A stretch of 61,038 nt of DNA from the IMG/VR virus record IMGVR_UViG_3300025168_017075, positions 1-61,038 of that record; one strand, given 5' to 3'. Positions 37,712 through 48,300 of the stretch are shown here, piece by piece; positions within the stretch are counted from its first letter, which is position 1, and each line of letters starts with the position of its first letter. A program made the position numbers and the translations under genes. Origin of the DNA: a virus (lineage: Duplodnaviria; Caudoviricetes). Below the pieces are notes generated by a model. It was not told the DNA's origin, did no database searches, and worked only from the letters and a program-made list of their open reading frames with translations.

Positions 37712-39369
37712 TGGGCATTAAAAAATTTACTGCAATAGCAGACGCTACAATCACAAATGCTTTCAAACCTGATTTAGCAACCAGAGGTACCGGCGCTAAC
37801 ACGGGACTTGCAGACTCTTTGGAAGTTTTTTCTATATATAATCAGGTAAGCGGAAACGTATCTGGCTCCTCGCAGGAGCTATCTAGAGTGTTACTTAAAT
37901 TTCCAGTTACGACGACGGACGACTCTACTAATTCAATACAAGCGCAAAGAACTGCTGGCAAAATACCAAGCAGTGGAAGTGTTAATTTTTTCCTCCGTCT
38001 TTATAACGTCAAACACCACGCTACTCTTCCAAGAAATGCAAAATATAATATTTTCGCTGTGTCATCTTCGTGGGAAGAGGGCACAGGAATTGACCTAGAT
38101 ACTTATGAAGATATCACCAGAGATGCAGAGGGCACAAACTGGATTTTTAAATCAAGTGGTTCAACTTGGCTTAGTCCCGGTGGCGACTACCACACTGGCA
38201 CATCGGGCTCCAATTATTTGAGTGCTGATGAAAATAATGTTGGTGTAATGTATAATCAAACTTTGGAACAAGGACCAGAAAATATTGAGATTGACATTTC
38301 TGAACTGGTTGAACAATGGATGGCAGGAATTAAAAATAATTATGGAGTAGGGGTTTTCCTTACGGGTACCCAAGAAGCATATTACTCTGCCTCCTTTGGT
38401 GCCGATTTCCCTTCATGGAATGGTGGCATAAAGCATCATCCCACTGGCGCACTAAAGTCTTTCTTTACCAAAAAGTTTTCATCTCGAAGTTCTGAATACT
38501 TTTTTGGACGTCCAGTAATTGAGGCTCGATGGGACTCAACTGAAAAAGATGATAGAAATAATTTTTATTTTAGCAGTTCACTGGCCACATCAGCAGAAAA
38601 TTTAAACACTCTTTATTTGTACAATTACTTTAGGGGCGCTCTCCGTAACATTCCTAGCATAGGAGAAGGAAATATATACGTTAGTGTATTTTCGGGATCT
38701 ACGGAAAATACTGAGCCATCAGGATCCGCTCTTGTTTTGGTGACAGATGGCACAAATGTCACATCTGTTAATACTAGAGTGGTTACGGGCGGCTATGTAT
38801 CTACGGGAATATACACTGCCAGCTTTGCCCTGACAGCTGGAAGCACTCCAGTGTCTTCTGCTTTCGACGTATGGTTTAGTGGAAGTGGCGATATTGAGTC
38901 TCTTGGGTATACAGCGGAGGAAGGTGTGCAAATGCAAACTGGATCTTTTGCGCCAAAAAGTATAGAAAATACTAACATAGCCCCAGCAACAACATTTGCT
39001 AGCAATATAGTTAATTTGAGATCAATCTACTCCAGAAGAGAGGCAGCTAGATTCAGGGTATATACTCGTCAAAAAAATTGGAATCCATCAATATATTCAA
39101 GGGCAACGGCCACAACCGAGCCTTACGTTATAGAAAGTGGCTCATATAGGGTGTATAGGGTCATTGATGACCTAGAGGTAATTCCACACGGAACAGGCAG
39201 TAATAGGCATACAGAAATGTCTTTTGACGCATCCGGAAGTTATTTTGATTTTGACATAGACATGTTACAAGCCGGCTATTCTTATGCAATAAAATTAGCT
39301 TTTTACAACGGCTCAGTGGGGGGATGGGTTGAACAACCTGAGACATTTAAATTTAGGGTAGAAGAATAA
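37711..39369 (+). CDS. baseplate-associated structural protein (DNRLRE/CBM96-like N-terminal domain)
   Basis: ADATI, SRVLLKF, SWEEGTG, W...GGD, DISELVEQW, NYG and F.SR.S...P.I pattern. Confidence 0.65.
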   Translation: MGIKKFTAIADATITNAFKPDLATRGTGANTGLADSLEVFSIYNQVSGNVSGSSQELSRVLLKFPVTTTDDSTNSIQAQRTAGKIPSSGSVNFFLRLYNVKHHATLPRNAKYNIFAVSSSWEEGTGIDLDTYEDITRDAEGTNWIFKSSGSTWLSPGGDYHTGTSGSNYLSADENNVGVMYNQTLEQGPENIEIDISELVEQWMAGIKNNYGVGVFLTGTQEAYYSASFGADFPSWNGGIKHHPTGALKSFFTKKFSSRSSEYFFGRPVIEARWDSTEKDDRNNFYFSSSLATSAENLNTLYLYNYFRGALRNIPSIGEGNIYVSVFSGSTENTEPSGSALVLVTDGTNVTSVNTRVVTGGYVSTGIYTASFALTAGSTPVSSAFDVWFSGSGDIESLGYTAEEGVQMQTGSFAPKSIENTNIAPATTFASNIVNLRSIYSRREAARFRVYTRQKNWNPSIYSRATATTEPYVIESGSYRVYRVIDDLEVIPHGTGSNRHTEMSFDASGSYFDFDIDMLQAGYSYAIKLAFYNGSVGGWVEQPETFKFRVEE

Positions 39370-42300
39370 TGGCAATTCGTGATTTATTTAAGGGCGATAC
39401 CGCCACTTCTAAAGCCGCACCAACTAAAGCGGAGACAATTGATAGCATATTTGGCGCCGAACAAGGCTCATCTGTCGAATCTGCCGAAAATGTTGCAGAA
39501 AAAATAAAACAAAAGGATAGATTTGTTCCTGATGTTGATTTTTCTACGGCCTCTAACTTTGCTAGGTTTGGATCGGCTGAAGAATATTACAGAAGCTCAA
39601 TTAAAAGAGTTTATCAGCAATATCCATATGATGGCTCTGAAGCTGAAAAAAACAAATTTAGAAATCAATCAACTTTTTTAGATCTTTATGTATTAGATAA
39701 GTTGTATCCCTCTTCCACTGGTTACGCAGTTTTTGCTCCGGCCGGATGGGGAGATCAAGGATCTACTGTTGGTGGTTGGGGTTCTCCATCCTCTAATGAG
39801 TTTATTGCTATCAAGGGCGGTCCACATACATCATCTGGGGGCTTGATTGGGGAAGACCTGTATAAAGCCTTTGATGAGCCTATAAACAGGACTAGTCCCA
39901 ATTCTAACACATATGATGAATCAATATATGATTCTGCTGGTGTTCTAGGTGGCGACAGGGTTGGCTCTAACGAGTCTAATCTTAAATTTGATCTGTCCAA
40001 GGGAGTTTCTACGGAGTTTTGGCTCAAGAAAGGAGATTGGATAACCAGTCTGACCGAAAAAGAGGTCATATTTGATTTATGGAACGGAAAAGCCTCATCG
40101 AGCGCCGATTACGGCCGCTTATTAGTTTTTGTTTCTGGCACCGGCGTCGAGACACTTGGCGCAAATCCTTTCAGGGTTCACCTAGCTTCTGGTAGCGAAT
40201 ATTGGGACATGTCTTTTGGCGGCTCTACTCACACAACATCATCACTTTCAAATGCTTGGAAGCATGTTGCGTTTACATTCTTGTCAAGCTCTGAAGATTC
40301 AGAACTGCAAGCAAAATTTTATATAGATGGAGATCTTCAGTCTACAACTGGAACAACTCATATAGTTAATTTTGGAGAAATAACTGGTTCACTGATCGGT
40401 TATCTTGGAGCACTACAAACTACTCCTTCTGGAAATTTATATCACGGAAAGAGTATGACTGGCGACGGAAAGCTTTCCGGCTCCATCGATGAATTTAGAT
40501 ATTGGAAATCAAAAAGAACATCAGAAAATATTGGCCAAAATTGGTTTACTCAAGTCGGCGGTGGCACCAATGAAGATGTAGCAAATGCAGAGCTTGGCGT
40601 ATACTTTAAGTTTAATGAAGGTATCGTAGGCGCGACCACTAGTGATTCTGTGGTTCTGGATTACTCTGGTAGGATCTCTAATGGAGACTGGACTGGATAC
40701 TCTTCGGCATCAAGAAATACAGGCTCTGCTATTGTATCTGCTAGTGCAGCGGTAGAAGAGTTTGAAGATCCAATAATATACTCTACTCACTCTGGTGTTG
40801 ATTCTTTGTTGACAAGAATGGTAGCATCCGGCGCCGCTTGGGATAACCAAAACAATTCACGATTTGCTTACAATTTGCCTTCATATCTTCTAGAGGAAGA
40901 TGAGGAGTCATCAAAAGATATTTTATATTTGACTCAAATAATGTCAAGCTATCTAGATGATCTTCATTTACAAATTGATCAACTATCAAATATTTCTCAC
41001 AATAATTATTTTTCAAGCGGATCAAGGGGTCTTCCGTTTGTTGACAAGCTGCTGACTTCTAAGGGTTTCATAGCTCCAGACATGTTTGGTGATGCTGAAG
41101 TACTAAACATTATTGGCAACAGAGACGAAGATCGTAATTTTGAGCTAGAGCTATATGAAGTAAAAAACAAAATTTATCAAAATGTATACAACAACTTAAG
41201 TTATATTTTAAAATCAAAAGGTACGGAAAAGTCATTTAGGAACTTAATTCGTTGTTTTGGCGTTGACGAAGATCTGATAAAAATAAATCTATATTCTGAT
41301 AATGGCACATCTACATTAAGAAACAATTATAGATTAAAATCCACAAAGAAAAGATACGTTAATTTTAATACTCCCACCCACAATACAGCTTCCGTGTACC
41401 AACAATCATCAAGCGCGGATTCAAACACCACAGATGTAACATATATATCAGGTTCAGATGAATTACAATATTTGGCAAACACAACTGAAATTGAAGTAAT
41501 ATTCCCCAAACAATTCCCAACAGATCATAATGCTTATGTTGGCACATCTTTTCAGAGTTCTTCAATTTTCGGACACCACACGGCCTCAAACCAGCCAAAT
41601 GCTTTTGAGTGGCCACCTTCTGCTGTTGATTTTAACTTTGAATTGTATGCAATTAGGCCAATTACTGACGATTCAGATGCATATTTTGTAATAAAAGACC
41701 GGGCCGGAAACTTTACATTATCAAGTAGTTTATACAATAATGTATATGAAGACGAAAGATGGAATTTTGCAGTTAGAGTTAAGAATGATAAGTTCCCTGT
41801 AGGCGGCCTTGTTACTGGATCTTCCGGATCGGCCAGTGGACATAATGTTGTTACGCTGGAGTTTTATGGAGTTAATGTAGTATCTGATATTGTAAAGAAT
41901 GAATTCCTTCTTACTGCATCATCTCTTGATAAAAGATACTTGACTGGTCATCGTCGTTATTATGTGGGAGCAAATAGAACAAACTTTAGCGGCGCTGTAG
42001 TTCATAACTCAGACGTTAAGGTGTCTTCTTTGAGGCATTGGGGTAGTTATTTAGAAGATTCCGATATAAGGGAGCATGCAATAAATGCTGAATCTTATGG
42101 CGCCCCAAATCCATATAAGAGCTCATACCAGCTTCAGGGAGTACTATCTTCCTCCAATGTGCCGCAGATTGATACACTAGCGCTTAATTGGGATTATTCT
42201 GAAGTAACTTCTTCAAATGTTATTGGAGAATTTACGGTAGAAGACTTTTCGTCAGGCTCTATAATCGCTGGAAGAAGATATCCTGGAACCTTTGGGGAAA

Positions 42301-45300
42301 TCGTTGGCAATTTATATGCTGGACGAGGCATAGGTTTTGTGCCAAGCAGCACATCTTCAGTAAGCACAGAATATATTTCTAATGCAAAACACCAACTGCC
42401 AGAATCGATAAGTGGCGAAGACATGATCAGTGTATTGCAACAAGATGATGTAACATTCGGGAAAGACAACAGGCCAGTCGATTACTATATAACCTTTGAA
42501 AAGAGCCTATATCAGACAATATCAGAAGAAATGATGAACATGTTTGGATCAATCGTAGAGTTTAATAATTTGATAGGCAATCCTGTTAACAGATACAGGC
42601 AGGATTATAAAGAGTTAGGAAAGTTAAGGCAACTATTTTTTGAGCAAGTTCAAAACACGCCAGATGTAGATAAGTTTATTTCTTATTATATATGGTTAGA
42701 CTCGGCAATGTCGCAGATGATTCAGCAACTTATACCTTTGTCAGCTAATGCATCTGGAGAAATTCTTAATGTAATAGAAAGCCATGTTCTTGAAAGAAAT
42801 AAATATCGTTCAAAATTCCCAATGCTCGAAAACAAAGAGTCGACTGAAGTGAGTATCAGGGGCCATCATGAGATGAACTATTCTTGGAAACACGGCCACG
42901 CCCCAATCCCACAACAAGCGACGGCAACAGTCACGGTTGCAGATGGCGATGCAGATTCCGGAATGACAGAAAAAGAAAGTATGACTATTACTTCAACAGA
43001 CGGAACATCAAGGATTTATGTAATCATTGATGATAATGCAACAGCTGTCGCGACAGGCGCCGCATTGACCACTACATCCGACACTGGAGCGAACCAAGCA
43101 GGAATAAAAGCCACAGCAACTTGGACATTTACCGATAAGCCAAACGAAGCGACAACAATTACGCTTATTGATTACGAAGGCACTTCACTTGTATTTGAAG
43201 TTGATAACGATGGCGACGGTGGCGCCGGTTCTAACATAGAGATGGATCCTGCCTCTAACAACGCAGCCGGCATGTCCGCGATCTTAATCAGCAAAGTTAA
43301 CGCATCGGCCCTGAAAATAACCGCTACAGCAGGGGACGCAACTGGCGAGGTGCTTCTGACTCAAGACAACGCCGGCACAGCCGGCAATAAAACAATAGCT
43401 CTCAGTAACTACGCTAATTGGAACGCCAACACCGCAGCTACTTTCCCAACTGCCTTCACTGCCGGCGCCGAAGTTGCCGCAAATAGTGTCGCAGTCGCCA
43501 TCAATACAACTGGTACCGCAGCCACTCAAAATGAATTTTTAGTTCAACTTAAAGCAGCAATAGAAAGTGCCGCCGGCCACGCTGGCAAGATTACAGTTTC
43601 TGCTGTTCCTACTGAAGCCAACGGCGCTCAAACAATTACTTTAACTCAAGTTGTTGGGGGTACCAGCGGCAACGCTGCAACATTTAGTGATGACATAAGC
43701 CAGACTACGATTGTTGGCTTCACCGGTGGTCATGATAAAGAAAACGAAAACTCCCTGTGGTGGAAAGAAAGAGCAGAAGTTACACACCTAGCGCTGTCTC
43801 AGAGCAGGCCTTTTGTTAATGATCGAAGAGAAGAGCTTAGGGAAGTTATTATTAGTAAAATTTCTGGAACGGCTCCAACCTTTAAGCACAATCCTGCATA
43901 TAGTAGTTCACTATATAATGTACGAACGATGCCCGGCCTATATAGTATATCTGGAGATATGCAAAAGCTATATACATCTGGAGACAATTCAAATCAAGAC
44001 GATAAAAAATATTACTATAGAGAATTGATTGAATTTAGCAAGGCAACCGGTTTGATTATTGAGGATATTGAGGACGAAGTTTATATAACTGATGATATAA
44101 GCATGCCAAAATCCTTGCAAAAAATTAGAAAAAGATTTAGAGCCGGCGGAGAGTTCAAGCAGAATGTTGCTCCTTTTACAATAATGAGTTCCTCGACGCC
44201 ATCTCGTGGCTACAATACAAATCTATATAGTAATTTTAAATCAAATGTTGATATAACAAATAATCACACGGACACTACATTTGGAAACGAAATTTCTATG
44301 CAGAGCCCTTTCACAGAGAAGTTTGTGGGAGGTTCATTCCACAGACATGCCGATTTAAATCAATCTGCGTCCGCAAAAACCTTAACTGGTCATGCAGGCG
44401 GCCTAGATTCTACGGTGGAAAGGATAGAAGCATATGATATGACTCTTGCTTCTGATAAGATAACTATCGCTCATCGTGACATTAACAAACCAAGATCCTC
44501 ATACTTTAGAGAAGAGGTCGCAAAAAGACCGGTCAACATCAGAAACATAAAATTAACAACAGGTTCGGGTCCAAACCCAGCAGTGACACAATATGTTTCA
44601 GGTACTTTACAATCAACGTTGGGCAACTTTAGTAATATTCATGAAGTAGTTCAGACTTCAGATCGCTCAACAAATAATAGCTCATATGTTAAGGCTGGAG
44701 GTTTCGATAGCTCATCGGCTATCTCTTATTTATTATCTGATGGCGCCGACTTCGAAAAGCCAAGCAGAAGACGCACTGGTCATGTTTTTGTCGAAAGATT
44801 TTCAGCACCAGGAGGTCCAGAAACGTCTGGAGATAATCTCGGTGGACCCGCCCTAGATTTTGAATCTGCACAATTTTCTCCATATAATGATATGAATACT
44901 CGGAACAGCACGGTACGTGCAGCGCTTAAAACTTTACTGCAAGAAAGAGCAGAACAATTTGGAATAAGATCTGGCTCATCAGTAAGAGGGGTAGACTATG
45001 ATACGCTACCAAGTTATCATGATGTTAATAGGAATGCCCTAAGCAGGAGAAGAAACACTAGTGAGGTTGATCCCGAAAAAGCAACGGCAACTATAACTGT
45101 TGCTGATGGCGATGCCGCTAGCGGTATGGCTGAAAAAGAAACTATTGTTATAACATCTACCGATGGTACGGCGAAAACATATTGCGTTATCGATGATAAT
45201 GCAACCACGGTCGCAACGGGCGCAGTCCTTGCTGCTGACTCTGACATAGGATCAGAAGCTGCTGGCGCCGCCCTCGTTGGCGCCATCGCCGTCGCCATTA

Positions 45301-48300
45301 ACTTAACAGGCAGCGCTTCAACGCAAAATACCTTTTTGGTGCAACTTAAGGCAGCTATTGAAAGTGCAAACGGACATGCTGGCAAGATTACGGTCTCTTC
45401 CGTTCCCACTGAAGCCAATGGTGCTCAAGCAATTACTTTAACCCAAGCAGTTGGCGGATCTGACGGAAATGTAACTATAACAGATGATATAAGTCAAACT
45501 ACTATAGCCGGCTTTACTGGTGGCATTAATCAGTCTATAGTTAATGAGGTAGTTGCTACTTTTGACAATTACTATGTACAGCATGAAATACCAAGAAGTG
45601 ATCTTCAGTATTCTTGGATAACATCCTCTTATTTGTCGACGCACGTTTTTGGACATGCCCCTGCTGATGGCGAAATTTCAAGCTCTGCCATAACAAGTCT
45701 CGGCCGCGCCTTTGGCGTGGTACCAGCAATTACATTCGCAAGCGCTAGTAGTATAAGCACTGCTAGCTTTATAGTTGATTTTGTTGGCCTCAATACTTTG
45801 ATTCACGAGCCCTTTACTTCCTCGACAGGAAGAAGAGGGTATCCAGCCTCTCAGCCTTTAAATTCTTATAGAAACACTGCGCTTCACTTTCCTCCCACTG
45901 GGGGCCTTAGAATCGGATCTCATAGCCCTGTAGCTACAGACGGAAACGAAGTTTTAAATGCATTATTGCTGCACAGAAATGGACCATATAGCTATCCATC
46001 ATGGAAGCAATTAAGGAACGATGAAAATCCAATTGTAAGGCACTGGAGAAGAAATAGTACTATAGCGATAAATCCGGATGGAGAAGAAACAAATATCACC
46101 GTTGTGGCATCAAGCGCCGCAGGGGATGGATATACTATAGTTACTAAAGATAAATATGGCGGCCTGCGTACCTTTATAGAACCAGCTGTTATGTCTAGAA
46201 ACCTCCCATTAACAATAAATCTGGGAATAAAAAATGGTACCTCTGACGTCGCCACAAGTTTAAAAAGTTCTTTTTCTAATGATTTAGATTACTTTGGAAA
46301 CGCCTCGCTAAACAACGCGCTAACACTACCAGAAACCCAAGCAACTTCTTATGATTCCATTAAAAGCCTATATCTAGAGGGAGGCTTAGCCAACGCGGCA
46401 TCTCCCGTTAATACATTTATAGATTTAACTTATGCACAAAATGTTTGGCCAAAACCGGAAAATGCATTCCAGAACAAAACAAGAAAAAGAAATAATTATG
46501 AAAACAATTTCTGGCGTAAAGTGCGCACAGACAGAGACTCTTTGGGTGATAGAAAATATGTTTCAAATGGCGCTTTAAGTGGTGCTTATAGTGCTTGGGC
46601 GATGGATGCAGATAATGACTTCTCAACAGATATAACGGGAACAACAGCAGGAATATTACAGAACAACACAACACATATGTTCCAGAAAAATGTTAATGGC
46701 TCAACCACCGCCGCGTCGGCAACTGAAATAACAGCTTCTATACTTTTCCACAGAAAGCATGGTTTGGCATCCACGGGTTCAGTGAGAAAACTAGCAGGAC
46801 TTCAAGTGGTGGAGACTGGTTCAACAAATCTTGCAACAGCAACAGAGCCTCTTGGTGATATACAAATTGGTGGTGGAAATGCTGTATGGGAAGTTGACTC
46901 CGGAGCTGGATTCTATAGCGATGACGGAACTTTCAATCTTTCCCCCTCTTCACCTTGGTACGACGACTACTCGGAATTCTCTGATGACTTGAGAACAAGC
47001 AATAAAGATATGTCAATAATACCAGAATTTAGAATAAGTGAGCACATAAAAAAATACATGAATGTTCATAATGGAAACTTCTTGGCAGATAATGAGTCTT
47101 CCTTGTCAATATTCGGAGCTCCGTCTGGCTCTTCTCTTCCGCAGAATAGTTCTGAAACAGATTTTTATAATGTATATACAAATTCAGACTTTATGAAACA
47201 CTTTGCAACAATAAGAAAAGATCATGAAGGATTTGCCGATGCATCGGAAATAACATTAACGTGTGAAGCGTTAACTAAATTTGTTCCTTATGATGGCTTT
47301 TATCCTTCCGAACTTCTTGTCGACTTATACAATACATTCTCAAGTTCATATGGCAACTTTGTTCAATATGACGGCGCCACTTCCAACCTTGCAGCAGGCC
47401 TCAATGCAAAAATAAGACCATTTATTGCACCTATGTTCGCGCCAGGAATATGGTGTAACACGATTAAATCAGGTATTGCAGTTGACTATCCCGTATATAC
47501 TGGCTCCTATGTCGTGCATAGTCCGCTATTAAGCCCATCAGGCAAGACAACTTATAAGTTGTTGTCGACATCATCTCTTCAGTCTTTAGACGGATTCGAT
47601 CTTAGAGTTCCTTTCGATGCTTTGGTCCAGCCAGAAAAATATTTAACAAACATGACTCTTGTTGATATGGAGGCAAGTTTTAGCTCTTCTGTTAATATAA
47701 CTGCTTCGTGGACTGGTGAAGGTAGCATGCTTTATAAGATGCGAGCACACAATGCTTTGTCCTCTATGATTGAGTTTTTCTTGCAGGGAGAAGGCAACAA
47801 GGGAGACTTGACAACAATTAAGTCTTTGCCAGAAGATCAATTTCAGCCATTTGTCTCTGGCACAACTTATGCCATGAGGGTTAAGTTGAGAAAAAGCTAC
47901 AATAAACCTAGACAGGAAAATGCGACATTCTCAAGAGGGTTTACTCTGCCGCAAGATACAGCTGGAGATGTTAATGCTGGATTAGAAGAAACAATTACTA
48001 TTTGTAGTCGCCCATCTTCCTTTGGTCCGCCTGTCGCCGGCCGTAAAAATATTTCATTCGCCTCTGGTACAGCAAAAGCCAGCTACCCACAGACACTCGA
48101 TAGTCTAACAGGTATCAATCCAGCGTTTACTCCGCCTTATTACGATGGAGAATGTTGGTGTGATATTACATATACACACGCTACCAGTACGCAGCCGACA
48201 CTTAAAGATATACAGAGAGATGCTAATCTGACTCACTTCAGGTTTGATCCAGTTGTTTGGAATGGTGGCAGTAATTATCAGCCGTACGGCAAGGCCAACA

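Noticed and set aside
42918-45524. Inteins or a diversity-generating retroelement explaining the inserted repeats
   Set aside because: No C/S...HN splice termini, no reverse transcriptase, and differences between copies are not confined to adenines.
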